Part shown: positions 28,333 to 38,236 of the stretch, in pieces
Numbering within the stretch: position 1 is the first letter of the stretch
Layout of the letters: every line of letters starts with the position of its first letter
NCBI GenBank assembly: GCA_028719205.1
Contig: JAQUKH010000020.1
Location: 1-49,187 of the forward strand
DNA: 49,187 nucleotides
From: a bacterium
GTDB lineage: Bacteria > JACRDZ01 > JAQUKH01
Reading direction: 5' to 3'
The notes under the pieces: model-generated
The model's database searches: none
Told to the model about the DNA's origin: nothing
What the model saw: the letters and a program-made list of their open reading frames with translations, nothing else
Program-made: the position numbers and the translations under genes

Positions 28333-28605
28333 ATGCCAATACATGATTCCCCAATAAAACAAATGCGTAAAGACAAAAAAAGAAATTTACAAAACAAACA
28401 AGCTAAATCTACTTTAAGAACAGCTGTCAAGAAAATATATACCGCGACAACTGCTGATGAAAAACAAAATAATTTCAAAGTAGCGGCAAAATTATTAGAT
28501 AAAACCGCTCAAAAGCAGACTATCCATTGGAAAAATGCCGCGCGTAAAAAATCAAGATTGGCGATCTATATAAACAAACAGCAAAAAGAGACCAAAGCAA
28601 AGTAA
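28333..28605 (+). CDS. rpsT: 30S ribosomal protein S20
   Basis: KSTLRTAVKK, IHWKNAARKKSRL; convergent with holA. Confidence 0.93.
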   Translation: MPIHDSPIKQMRKDKKRNLQNKQAKSTLRTAVKKIYTATTADEKQNNFKVAAKLLDKTAQKQTIHWKNAARKKSRLAIYINKQQKETKAK

Positions 28606-28607
28606 CA

Positions 28608-29603
28608 TTATTTTGAAAAAGATATCAACAGGGATTCAAAGGCTATTTCCGGCTTTGATATCCCTCTTTTTATTTCATAATCCGCCTGCAGCATTCTTTT
28701 GAAAATATTTTTTAATCCGTCCCATGTAAAATTTTTCATTTCCTGAAGATATTTTGTTACAAATGTAGGATTCATTTTAATTATTTTAGATATCTCTAAC
28801 GGGCTTACCCCCTCTTCATTCATTTCTTTAACCTGCCAGATAATACGAAAATGACGGATCAATAAGCCGAGAACAGCAATAAAATCATCACCTTTATTTT
28901 TTAATTGATTAAATATTTTCAAAGCTTTATCAAGCCTTCTTTCCCCTATAGCGTCGGATAGTTTAAATATATTTTCAATATCACCGGAACTGATCAATTC
29001 CAGTACATCTTTTTCCTCAATAGTTTTTCTGTCTCCGACAAAAATAACAAGCTTTTCAATTTCATTGTCTAAACTTCTTAAGGAATTTCCAGCCAGTTCC
29101 TGTAAAATTTGCGCGCACTCATGCGAAATTAATTTTCCTTTCTGTTTCGTTTTTTCCTGTATCCAGGATGGCACCTGATTTGGAAAAAGCGGCCAGAAAT
29201 GGCTTATAACCGCGTCCTTGGAAGTTAAAAATATAGATTGTAATTTGTTTTTTGAATCTATTTTTTCATCAATAAGCACAAGACAGCTTGACCTGGAAGG
29301 ATTCTCGCAATAGGAGACCAAAAGTTTTTTATCTTTTATGGAATTCACACCCTGAACAACAACTAATCTTTTATCGCCGAAAAAACCGGCTGTTTCTACT
29401 TTTTCCAAAATTGTTTGTATGCTGGCCTCGAAACCATACATCATATCATAATTAAGTTCTTCATCACCCTTTGTTATTAATTTTTCCTTAATTAATCTTA
29501 TTCCCTCATCGATCAAATATTCCTCCGCCCCGGCAAATAAATAAAGGGGAGCGATCTCCCCCTTTTTAAGTTTTCTAAAAAGAATCTGATAATCAATCTT
29601 CAT
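28608..29603 (-). CDS. holA: DNA polymerase III delta subunit
   Basis: PLYLFAGAEEYL, NEIEKL, ADYEIKRG; lptE-holA-rpsT synteny. Confidence 0.92.
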   Translation of the reverse strand: MKIDYQILFRKLKKGEIAPLYLFAGAEEYLIDEGIRLIKEKLITKGDEELNYDMMYGFEASIQTILEKVETAGFFGDKRLVVVQGVNSIKDKKLLVSYCENPSRSSCLVLIDEKIDSKNKLQSIFLTSKDAVISHFWPLFPNQVPSWIQEKTKQKGKLISHECAQILQELAGNSLRSLDNEIEKLVIFVGDRKTIEEKDVLELISSGDIENIFKLSDAIGERRLDKALKIFNQLKNKGDDFIAVLGLLIRHFRIIWQVKEMNEEGVSPLEISKIIKMNPTFVTKYLQEMKNFTWDGLKNIFKRMLQADYEIKRGISKPEIAFESLLISFSK

Positions 29604-29610
29604 ACTTCTT

Positions 29611-29640
29611 CTCTATGCTCCATGCACTATGCTCTATGCT
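29611..29640. repeat. Degenerate 7-bp tandem repeat (x4)
   Basis: CTCTATG CTCCATG CACTATG CTCTATG CT. Confidence 0.7.
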
Positions 29641-29641
29641 T

Positions 29642-30151
29642 CTAGTACCATCCGATTATTACCCTGCGGACAACTGATCTTGCTAATTTTGAAAGTACAT
29701 TTTCCTTAGCCTCAGACTCAGTCATAACGATCTGGCCGCTTCTTAACGTGGTAAAATATGTAATATTTTCTCTTATCCCTTTTTCAATCCAGAGCGGTTC
29801 TTTTCCATCTTTTTCCCAGAATGAGATCTCTATCAATATGGATAATTCTTTTTCAATTGGATTATTATATTCATCAGTACTTGTTGTCAGAAGATTATAA
29901 GCTACAATCTTTCCTTTAATCAACGCGTCAGCATTATCAATATTTGTAACTTTAAGCCTGCCATGTGATATAAATTCCTGAATAACCTTATCTGTAAGTC
30001 TTTCCTCTAAACCATATTCAAAAGTATCATTTTTAAAAACAGATACCGCCACATTTTGAATATTATCCGGCAAAACAGACTTGGTAGTATAAGCGCAGCC
30101 TGCAGCAACAAAAGAAATTAAAATAAATACTATCTTGGATCTTTTACCCAT
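29642..30151 (-). CDS. lptE: LptE-family LPS assembly lipoprotein
   Basis: Lipobox AAGC-AY, FKNDT, position upstream of holA. Confidence 0.75.
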   Translation of the reverse strand: MGKRSKIVFILISFVAAGCAYTTKSVLPDNIQNVAVSVFKNDTFEYGLEERLTDKVIQEFISHGRLKVTNIDNADALIKGKIVAYNLLTTSTDEYNNPIEKELSILIEISFWEKDGKEPLWIEKGIRENITYFTTLRSGQIVMTESEAKENVLSKLARSVVRRVIIGWY

Positions 30152-30196
30152 TATGATTTTATTATAGCAATATTCTTTAACAAAACAAGCTTTTTT

Positions 30197-31507
30197 TTAG
30201 AATTGAGGTAAAAAACTTTTCTTTCTCCGCAGCCTGTGATATTTCAACGCGAACCGGTGAGCTTCATCCCGGATCCTCCTGAGATAATTAAGCTCCTCAG
30301 AATCAAAAGGTAATTTAACCGGAATATTTTCCAAAGGCCGGAATAATATTTCTTCTTTTTTGGCGAGCCCGAAGATCGGAATATCCGCTATTTTCAAATC
30401 ACGGAGTTTTGAGTAAGCCGCGTTCACCTGGGTTAAGCCGCCGTCTATTAAAATCAGATCAGGTAATACCGTTTTTTCTTCCAACCGCCTTTTATATCGT
30501 CTAAAAACTACCTCTGCCATCATGCGGGGATCATCAACACCCTCAACCGTTTTTATTTTAAAACGCCTGTATTCCTGCGGAACCGCTATTCCGTCTTTGA
30601 AATATACCAGACTGCCGCATGGATTTTCGCCCGCGATATTTGAAATATCAAACGCCTCAATTACCCGTGCGATTTTATTTAAATTCAGGGAACTGGAAAG
30701 CTTTTCCGAAATATGATCAACTTTCCTTTTTATTTCAATTTTAGGATAACTCATCCCGTTTACATTCTTAGCAACCAGAGCTTTCTGCCTTTCAATTAAA
30801 CCCCTCAGAGAAAATAAGTAATCGCGGAATTGAGCTGCATCCTCAAATCTTTTCTCCTTCGCTGCGGCATTCATTTTATTTTCAAGGTCTTTTATAATAT
30901 TTTTATAATTACCTTTAAGTATTTTATCAAGATTACTAACTAACTCCTTATAAATGCTGCTGTTGATTTCGCCTCTACAGGGCCCAACGCAATGTTTGAT
31001 AAAATAATTAAGGCAGGGCCTCTTATCCTTTAACCGCTCTCTGCAAGTCCTGAGAGGAAACAGCTGATTAATAAATCTTAAAAAATTTTTCAGGTCTTTA
31101 ACCTTAGTATACGGGCCGTAATATTTTGCCCCGTCATCCTGTTTTCTTCTCACAAGAACCAACCGGGGAAAATCTTCTTTTAATGTCAGTTTCAGGTATG
31201 GGTAAGCTTTATCGTCCTTCAGGTCCACATTATATTTAGGAATATTTTTTCTTACTAAATCCCTTTCCAAAATTAAAGCGGATTCCTCAGAATCTGTTGC
31301 AGTAAAATCTATGTCATCAATTTGTTCTATAAGGCGTAAAGTACGAAGCGGCTTTTGTGTGGAAGAAAAATAACTGCGGACTCTTTTTTTAAGAGAAATT
31401 GCTTTTCCAATATAAATCACTTTCCCTTTATTCTTAAAAAAATAAACCCCCGGCCCATCAGGAAGTTTATTAACCAGAGTTTTTAAATGATTTTTACTAT
31501 TCATCAA
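30197..31507 (-). CDS. uvrC: Excinuclease ABC subunit C (short form)
   Basis: GIY-YIG (PGVY..YIGKA), UVR domain, EAFDISN, LIDGG, RDEAHRFA. Confidence 0.9.
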   Translation of the reverse strand: MMNSKNHLKTLVNKLPDGPGVYFFKNKGKVIYIGKAISLKKRVRSYFSSTQKPLRTLRLIEQIDDIDFTATDSEESALILERDLVRKNIPKYNVDLKDDKAYPYLKLTLKEDFPRLVLVRRKQDDGAKYYGPYTKVKDLKNFLRFINQLFPLRTCRERLKDKRPCLNYFIKHCVGPCRGEINSSIYKELVSNLDKILKGNYKNIIKDLENKMNAAAKEKRFEDAAQFRDYLFSLRGLIERQKALVAKNVNGMSYPKIEIKRKVDHISEKLSSSLNLNKIARVIEAFDISNIAGENPCGSLVYFKDGIAVPQEYRRFKIKTVEGVDDPRMMAEVVFRRYKRRLEEKTVLPDLILIDGGLTQVNAAYSKLRDLKIADIPIFGLAKKEEILFRPLENIPVKLPFDSEELNYLRRIRDEAHRFALKYHRLRRKKSFLPQF

Positions 31508-31787
31508 CTACTTCTATTATTTTGAATTCCTTTCCTGGTTTAAAAAACGGGACCTTTTTTGATGGTACAGAAACTTTTTCCCCTGTTCTCGGGTTTCTTC
31601 CCATTCTCGGACGGCGAGTACGAACTCCAAATGTACCTAAGCCTCTAATTTCAATCCGTTTACCTTCTTTTAACGCCTGGCGCATCGCGCTTAAAATACA
31701 CTCAAAAACCTGTCCTGCTTCCAGTTTATTAAGATTAACCCTCTCTGCGATTATTTCCACAAAGTCAATCTTATTCATCCAGCCCAT
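31497..31787 (-). CDS. HU/IHF family DNA-binding protein
   Basis: IEIRGLGTF, GRNPRTGE, FKPGKE. Confidence 0.92.
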   Translation of the reverse strand: MGWMNKIDFVEIIAERVNLNKLEAGQVFECILSAMRQALKEGKRIEIRGLGTFGVRTRRPRMGRNPRTGEKVSVPSKKVPFFKPGKEFKIIEVVDE

Positions 31788-31814
31788 CCTTTCTTTTAAA
31801 ATAAAATACTAATT

Positions 31815-33158
31815 TTATTTCTTACCCCAAACATTTTCTATGAAATGAGTATCAATTTCTCCCCTTTTAAACAAATCATCTCTCATAATTTCCAAATGGA
31901 AAGGAACAGTTGTCTTAATACCTTCGACAACAAATTCAGATAAAGCTCTGTCCATACGGGCTATAGCTTCTTTTCTGTTTTTCGCGAAAACGATCAGCTT
32001 TCCGACCATAGAATCATAAAAAGGCGAAATCGTATAACCGTTATAAACATGAGTGTCCACTCTTACACCCGGCCCGCCTGGAATAATAAATTTAGTAATT
32101 TCACCCGGACACGGAACAAAATTATTGTCCGGATCTTCAGCATTTATACGGCACTCAATCGCATGCCCGTTAAAGTTAATTTGGCTCTGGTTATATCCAA
32201 GCTTTTCTCCTGCCGCTACCCTTATCTGTTCCTTTAATAAATCGATGTTAGTAATAAACTCAGTTACAGGATGCTCTACCTGAATTCTCGTATTCATCTC
32301 CATAAAATAAAATTTCTTATCTTTATCTGCCAGGAACTCCATTGTTCCGACACCTGCATATCCTACGGCTTTAGCTCCTTTAACTGCCGTTTCACCCATT
32401 TCTTTTCTAATCTCGTCATTTATTAAAGGCGAAAATGCCTCTTCAATTAATTTCTGGTGTCGGCGCTGAATCGAACACTCCCTCTCTCCCAGATGAACCA
32501 TCTGTCCATGTTCATCTCCTAAAAGTTGAATTTCTATATGTCTGGGCCTGTCTATATATTTTTCTATATAAACGCTGTCATTTCCAAAAGCCGCCTTTGC
32601 TTCCGCTTTCGCTGCCAGAAATGACTTCGCGAGATTTAATTCAGTATGTACGATGCGCATGCCCTTCCCGCCGCCTCCAGCCGCAGCTTTAATTATAACA
32701 GGATAGGTTATTTCTTTAGCGATCTTAACAGCTTCAATTTCATTTTCAACATTACCGCTTCCTTTAACAACCGGTAACCCGGCTTCTTCCATTATTTTCC
32801 GGGCTTCAATTTTATTACCCATTTTTCTAATAGCTTCCGACGACGGCCCTATAAATTTTATCCTGCAGGACTCGCAAATTTCCGCGAACCTGTAATTTTC
32901 CGCTAAAAAACCATAACCCGGATGAATGGCTTCAGCGTCAGTAATTTCAGCGGCGCTTATAATATTGGGAATATTCAAATAACTCTTATCAGTTTCAGCG
33001 GGGCCAATACAAATAGCCTCATCAGCTCTTTTTACATGCAGAGACTCACGATCCGCTTCAGAATAGACGGCTACTGTCTTTATACCTAATTCTTTACACG
33101 CCCTGATTATTCTTAAAGCAATTTCTCCACGGTTAGCGATCAATATTTTATTAAACAT
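31815..33158 (-). CDS. accC: Biotin carboxylase
   Basis: [29 protein letters not shown]. Confidence 0.96.
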   Translation of the reverse strand: MFNKILIANRGEIALRIIRACKELGIKTVAVYSEADRESLHVKRADEAICIGPAETDKSYLNIPNIISAAEITDAEAIHPGYGFLAENYRFAEICESCRIKFIGPSSEAIRKMGNKIEARKIMEEAGLPVVKGSGNVENEIEAVKIAKEITYPVIIKAAAGGGGKGMRIVHTELNLAKSFLAAKAEAKAAFGNDSVYIEKYIDRPRHIEIQLLGDEHGQMVHLGERECSIQRRHQKLIEEAFSPLINDEIRKEMGETAVKGAKAVGYAGVGTMEFLADKDKKFYFMEMNTRIQVEHPVTEFITNIDLLKEQIRVAAGEKLGYNQSQINFNGHAIECRINAEDPDNNFVPCPGEITKFIIPGGPGVRVDTHVYNGYTISPFYDSMVGKLIVFAKNRKEAIARMDRALSEFVVEGIKTTVPFHLEIMRDDLFKRGEIDTHFIENVWGKK

Positions 33159-33170
33159 ATTTTTTTCTTC

Positions 33171-33599
33171 TTATATTACTGTCAATTTAAAAAGCGGCTG
33201 GCCATACATAACAGACTGCCCATTTTCTATCAATATTTCTTTTACTTCTCCATCTTTATCCGAAACTACTTCTTTAAAAACCTTCATAGCTTCAACAAAA
33301 CACAGTTTATCGCCGGACTTGACTTTATCTCCCAATTTCACCATGATCTTCTTTTCCGGCCCGGAGACAAGATAACAAGTTCCCACTAACGGAGCTTTTA
33401 TTAAATGAATCTTATCTTCCACACCCGGAGTTGCAACAGAAGTTTTTATTTCAGAGGATAAATTTTCTTTTTTAGCATAAGTTATTTTTTCAGGGCGCTT
33501 TATGAATATTTTTTTGCCGCCACGTTCCCATTCAAATTCAACAATTCCTGAAGAACTGATGATCTTGAATATCTCGTTTACCTGTTCCGAGTTCTGCAT
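33171..33599 (-). CDS. accB: Biotin carboxyl carrier protein
   Basis: EAMKV biotinylation motif; start MQNSE behind AAGGA. Confidence 0.9.
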   Translation of the reverse strand: MQNSEQVNEIFKIISSSGIVEFEWERGGKKIFIKRPEKITYAKKENLSSEIKTSVATPGVEDKIHLIKAPLVGTCYLVSGPEKKIMVKLGDKVKSGDKLCFVEAMKVFKEVVSDKDGEVKEILIENGQSVMYGQPLFKLTVI

Positions 33600-33638
33600 A
33601 GTATTTTCCTTTTCATTATCAATTAAGAATACCATTGG

Positions 33639-33714
33639 ATTCTATCATTCTCTTTATCTCATGTCAAGAGAATCCAAATAACTTATTGACAATCAAGGTG
33701 TTTTTAAGTATTAT
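33639..33714. promoter_or_regulatory. Divergent sigma-70 promoters (accB and acyl-CoA dehydrogenase)
   Basis: Minus: TTGACA(33667)-N17-TAGAAT; plus: TTGACA(33686)-N17-TATTAT. Confidence 0.7.
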
Positions 33715-33752
33715 TTTAAAAATTGATTATTTCTTAATAAGGAGAACTGCAT

Positions 33753-34895
33753 ATGGATTTTAATTTAACACCAGACCAGGAACTAATTATTAACGCAGCC
33801 AAGGAAGTATGTCTTGGTGAATTTTCTAAAAGATCAAAAGAAACAGGTGAAAGCAGCGCGTTTCCTAAAGAAAATGTAAAGCTGATGGCGGAAATGGGTA
33901 TGGCAGGTATTCCGTTTCCTGAAGAATATGGCGGATTGGGCTCCGATTTTCTTACATGGACCGTTATAGGCGAAGAAATATCACATGCCTGCGCCACAAC
34001 CGGAACAATATTCGGAGCGCATATGCTGGCATGCTACCCCATATTTATTTTTGGAACTGAAGAACAAAAGAAAAAATTTCTTACGCCATTGGCAAAAGGT
34101 GAAGCATTAGGAGCATTCGGCCTTACTGAACCAAATGCGGGTTCTGACGCAAGCGCGGTTCAAACATACGCCGCGAAAGACGGTGATCATTATATACTTA
34201 ACGGCACAAAGTTATTTATTACCAACGCCGGCGCGGCCGGTATTTACGTAGTGATTACAAAAACAGCGCGAGATAAAGGCGCTCGCGGAATGACCGCCTT
34301 TATTGTTGAAAAAGACACTCCCGGATTTAAAATAGGAAAAAATGAAAAGAAAATGGCTTTTCCCGGGCTTCCTAATTGTGAATTAATATTTGAAGACTGC
34401 CGTATTCCTAAAGAAAACATGCTTCTCTCCGAAGGCAAGGGATTCCGTGTCGCCATGCAGACCCTCGACGTGGGACGGATCGGGATCGGCATAGGCTCCT
34501 GCGGCCTGGCGCGGGCAGCCTTTGAAGAAGCATTAAAATATTCTAAGGTCAGAAAACAATTCGGCGTACCGATATCTTCTTTCCAGGCTGTCCAGTTCAT
34601 GCTCGCGAATATGGCGACCGAGATCGAAGCAGCAAAACTCCTTGTCCTTAAAGCCGCCAGCCTGAAAGACAGCAACGGAAAATTTGAAAAATTCGCGGCT
34701 ATGGCTAAAGTTTATGCTTCTGAAATGTGCATGCGTGTAACAAACCAGGCAGTTCAGATCCACGGCGGATACGGTTATACAAAAGAATACGCGGTTGAGA
34801 GATATTTCCGCGAGGCAAAACTTTTTGATATCGTTGAGGGCACATCTGAAATTCAGCGGGGTGTGATCGCTAATCACATTTTAAAGGAATCTTAA
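33753..34895 (+). CDS. Acyl-CoA dehydrogenase (butyryl-CoA dehydrogenase-like)
   Basis: FGLTEPNAGSD, RKQFG, QIHGGYGY, EGTSEIQ. Confidence 0.93.
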   Translation: MDFNLTPDQELIINAAKEVCLGEFSKRSKETGESSAFPKENVKLMAEMGMAGIPFPEEYGGLGSDFLTWTVIGEEISHACATTGTIFGAHMLACYPIFIFGTEEQKKKFLTPLAKGEALGAFGLTEPNAGSDASAVQTYAAKDGDHYILNGTKLFITNAGAAGIYVVITKTARDKGARGMTAFIVEKDTPGFKIGKNEKKMAFPGLPNCELIFEDCRIPKENMLLSEGKGFRVAMQTLDVGRIGIGIGSCGLARAAFEEALKYSKVRKQFGVPISSFQAVQFMLANMATEIEAAKLLVLKAASLKDSNGKFEKFAAMAKVYASEMCMRVTNQAVQIHGGYGYTKEYAVERYFREAKLFDIVEGTSEIQRGVIANHILKES

Positions 34896-34898
34896 TCC

Positions 34899-35693
34899 AT
34901 GCTAAAAATTATAGTCTGTATCAAGCAGGTGCCTGACACAAGTGAAATAAAAATAAATCCGCAAACTAACACACTGATCAGGGACGGCGTTCCAAGTATA
35001 ATTAATCCCTTTGACAAAAACGCGCTTGAAGAGGCAATAAAGATCAAAGAAAAAATACCTTCTGAAATTTCAGTAATAACAATGGGTCCGCCTCAGGCTC
35101 AGGAAGCTTTAAAAGAATCATTAGCAATGGGCGCTGATAACGCGTACTTATTATCAGACAGAAACTTCGCGGGAGCTGATACCTGGGCTACATCTTACAC
35201 CCTTGCTAAAGCAATAGAAAAAATCGGCCATTTTGACCTTATAATTTTAGGAAAACAGGCTATTGATGGAGATACCGCTCAGGTCGGGCCTGAGCTGGCC
35301 GAGCAGTTAAATATTCCTCAAATCACATATGTTAAAAAATTAGATCTGGTTATGGAAGAACCGGCCAAAATTATAGCGGAACGGTTGCTGGAAGACTGCA
35401 CAGAAACAGTTGAATGCCGGCTCCCTGTGCTTATTACAGTTACAAAAGAGATAAATGAACCAAGGCATCCTTCTCTCAAAGGAGTTTTAAAGGCAAAGAA
35501 AGCTGTCATCCCCGCATGGAATAAAGAAAGTATTTTTTGTGATGATGATAAGATCGGTTTGAACGGATCTTTCACGCAGGTAATGAAAATATTCACCCCG
35601 CCTGTCCGCACTGAACGTGAGACACTTTCAGGGACTCCTGAAGAGATGTCCAAAATACTTGTTCAAAAACTTAAAGAAAGAAAGATTATATAA
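34899..35693 (+). CDS. etfB: Electron transfer flavoprotein beta subunit
   Basis: VCIKQVPD, GADTWAT, GKQAIDGDTAQVGP. Confidence 0.95.
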   Translation: MLKIIVCIKQVPDTSEIKINPQTNTLIRDGVPSIINPFDKNALEEAIKIKEKIPSEISVITMGPPQAQEALKESLAMGADNAYLLSDRNFAGADTWATSYTLAKAIEKIGHFDLIILGKQAIDGDTAQVGPELAEQLNIPQITYVKKLDLVMEEPAKIIAERLLEDCTETVECRLPVLITVTKEINEPRHPSLKGVLKAKKAVIPAWNKESIFCDDDKIGLNGSFTQVMKIFTPPVRTERETLSGTPEEMSKILVQKLKERKII

Positions 35694-35701
35694 TACTGTT
35701 T

Positions 35702-36763
35702 TTATTTACTTTCCTTAACAAATTTTGTAATCATATCCCCTATTTGAGAAGTAGATAATTCCCCGCCCGCTGATAAATTTTTAATATGTTTCTCTGATAG
35801 CGCCTTTATGATCGCGTTTTCAATCAGGGCGGCGCCCTTTACCTCTCCCAAATATTCCAGCATCATTGCCACGGCCGATATAGCTGCCAACGGATTAATT
35901 ACATTTTTTCCCGCGTATTTAGGAGCCGAACCGTGTATCGGTTCAAACATTGAAACGCCTTCAGGATTTATATTCCCTGAAGCCGCAATCCCTAAACCGC
36001 CCTGTATCATCGCTCCAAGATCCGTAATAATGTCCCCAAACATATTCGAAACAACAATGACATCGAACCATTCAGGATTTTTCACAAACCACATCGTTAT
36101 CGCGTCAACATAAGCGTGATCTTGTTTAATCCCAGGATATTCTTTTCCGACTTCCGCGAAAACCCTGGTCCAAAGGTCATGGGCGTAAGTCAAAACATTT
36201 GCCTTGTCGCACATATAAAGATGGTTCCTTTTGGCTCGTTTTTTGGTAAATTCAAACGCATAACGAATACAGCGTTCCACACCCTTTCTTGTAGCTATCA
36301 TTTCCTGCATCGCTATTTCGTCCTTAGTCCCTTTTTTGAAAAAACCGCCAATACCAACATAGAGATCCTCTGTATTTTCTCTGACAACCACAAAATCAAT
36401 ATGCTCAGGCCCTTTATCTTTTAACGGCGTCCATACATTCGGATATAATTTTACAGGCCGTAGATTAATATATTGATCCAATCCAAAACGGATAGCCAGA
36501 AGTATTTCTTTCTCGAGGATCCCCGGTTTCACTCCCGGATGTCCTATCGCGCCAAGATAAATAGCATCAAACTGTTTTAATTCATCAAGCGCCCCGGGAG
36601 GCAAAGTCTCTTTTGTTTTCAAATACCGCTCGCCACCGAAATCATAATGTTTGAGTTTGTATTGAAAACCGGCCTTTTCAGACGCCGCTTTTAGTACTTT
36701 CAATCCTTCATTTAATACCTCAGGTCCTACGCCATCTCCTGGTAATACTGCAATATCAAACAT
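35702..36763 (-). CDS. leuB: 3-isopropylmalate dehydrogenase
   Basis: PGDGVGPEV, RENTE, NMFGDIITD, EPIHGSAP. Confidence 0.85.
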   Translation of the reverse strand: MFDIAVLPGDGVGPEVLNEGLKVLKAASEKAGFQYKLKHYDFGGERYLKTKETLPPGALDELKQFDAIYLGAIGHPGVKPGILEKEILLAIRFGLDQYINLRPVKLYPNVWTPLKDKGPEHIDFVVVRENTEDLYVGIGGFFKKGTKDEIAMQEMIATRKGVERCIRYAFEFTKKRAKRNHLYMCDKANVLTYAHDLWTRVFAEVGKEYPGIKQDHAYVDAITMWFVKNPEWFDVIVVSNMFGDIITDLGAMIQGGLGIAASGNINPEGVSMFEPIHGSAPKYAGKNVINPLAAISAVAMMLEYLGEVKGAALIENAIIKALSEKHIKNLSAGGELSTSQIGDMITKFVKESK

Positions 36764-36949
36764 AATTATCCTCCTCAAAATTATTATTAAAAGCTAATAT
36801 TATAGCAATTTATTTAAAAAAATCAACCATTTTAATAATTTTTATATTTTATAAAATTAAAATTATTTAATTCTATTTTAACCTGTTTCTTATCTTTATT
36901 TTGTTAAAAATATATAAGAAAATTAAAATATTTAAATGGAGGTGTATTT

Positions 36950-37327
36950 ATGGACACAATTCTTATTGTAGATGACGAAGTTCATATCAGAAGAGTTTAT
37001 AACAAATTATTCAGCGAAGAAGGATATAGAACACTTGAGGCTTCGAACGCTGTAAACGCGTTAGACTTATTGAAAAAGGGCGGGATTGACCTTATTTTAC
37101 TTGATATTAATATGTATGATATTACCGGTGATACATTATATGATATTGTGAGTTTATTTTATAAAAGAATTAAAGTTATTGTTTCAAGTGTTTGTTATAT
37201 CGAAGACCAGAAAAAAATTATTGAAGGGGCTTTCGATTACTATAATAAATCAGATGGAATAAACACACTACTTTTAAAAGTTGAAAAAGCTTTAAAAGAA
37301 AAGGCATTCTTTATGAAGGCTTCTTGA
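36950..37327 (+). CDS. Single-domain response regulator
   Basis: ILIVDDE, LLDINM, conserved Lys; receiver domain only. Confidence 0.85.
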   Translation: MDTILIVDDEVHIRRVYNKLFSEEGYRTLEASNAVNALDLLKKGGIDLILLDINMYDITGDTLYDIVSLFYKRIKVIVSSVCYIEDQKKIIEGAFDYYNKSDGINTLLLKVEKALKEKAFFMKAS

Positions 37328-38228
37328 TCAATTTTACAGCTTGTTTCATATCTTTCGGTATGGGACTTGAAAATTCCATATATTTATTTGTAATGGGGTG
37401 TGTAAAACCAAGTACAGCAGCGTGTAAGGCCTGCCGGTCAATAATATCTGACTTTTTGCCATATAGCGCGTCTCCGATAACAGGGTGTTTTAGATAAGAA
37501 AGATGTACCCTGATCTGATGTGTCCTGCCTGTCAGTATCCTGACCTCTATTAAACTAACACCGTTAAATTTTTCTAATATTTTAATTTTGGATATGGCAT
37601 TCCTGCCGCTTGAAAGATTAACCGCCATTCTTTGCCTCTGTACTTTATGCCGGCCGATCGGTTCATCAACAGTTAATTCACTCTTATCCATTTCACCGTT
37701 AACCAGCGCGATATACTTTCTTGTGATCGTCCTGTCCTGCCATTGTTTAACCAATCCCGCGTGAGTAATATCATCCTTCGCGGCAACCATAACGCCGGTT
37801 GTATCTTTATCCAGGCGGTGAACGATTCCCGGGCGAAGATAACCATTAATACCTGAAAGGTTCTTGCAATGATACAAAAGCGCGCTTACCAGTGTTCCTG
37901 AATAATTGCCTTTCGCGGGATGAGTAACCATACCCTTCGGTTTATTTATCACAATAAGATGATCATCCTCATAAAGTATTTTTAGAGGTATCTTTTCGGG
38001 CTGTATATTTATTTTTTCAGCCTCGGGAATTTCCACCAAAATAATATCCTCAGGCTTTACTTTATAACGGCATTTATTTTCTAAACGGCTGTTAATTCTT
38101 ATTTTTGAATTTTCTATCAGGTTCTGGATCCTGCTCCGTGATATTCCGATTTTTTGCATGCTTAAATACAAATCCAGCCTTTTGTCTTTATCTTCTTCAA
38201 GAACTTTGATTTCCTTTATTATGCTCAT
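37311..38228 (-). CDS. rluD: RluA/RluD family pseudouridine synthase
   Basis: S4 domain, HRLDKDTTG, TGRTHQIRVH. Confidence 0.9.
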   Translation of the reverse strand: MSIIKEIKVLEEDKDKRLDLYLSMQKIGISRSRIQNLIENSKIRINSRLENKCRYKVKPEDIILVEIPEAEKINIQPEKIPLKILYEDDHLIVINKPKGMVTHPAKGNYSGTLVSALLYHCKNLSGINGYLRPGIVHRLDKDTTGVMVAAKDDITHAGLVKQWQDRTITRKYIALVNGEMDKSELTVDEPIGRHKVQRQRMAVNLSSGRNAISKIKILEKFNGVSLIEVRILTGRTHQIRVHLSYLKHPVIGDALYGKKSDIIDRQALHAAVLGFTHPITNKYMEFSSPIPKDMKQAVKLIKKPS

Positions 38229-38236
38229 TACATTTA

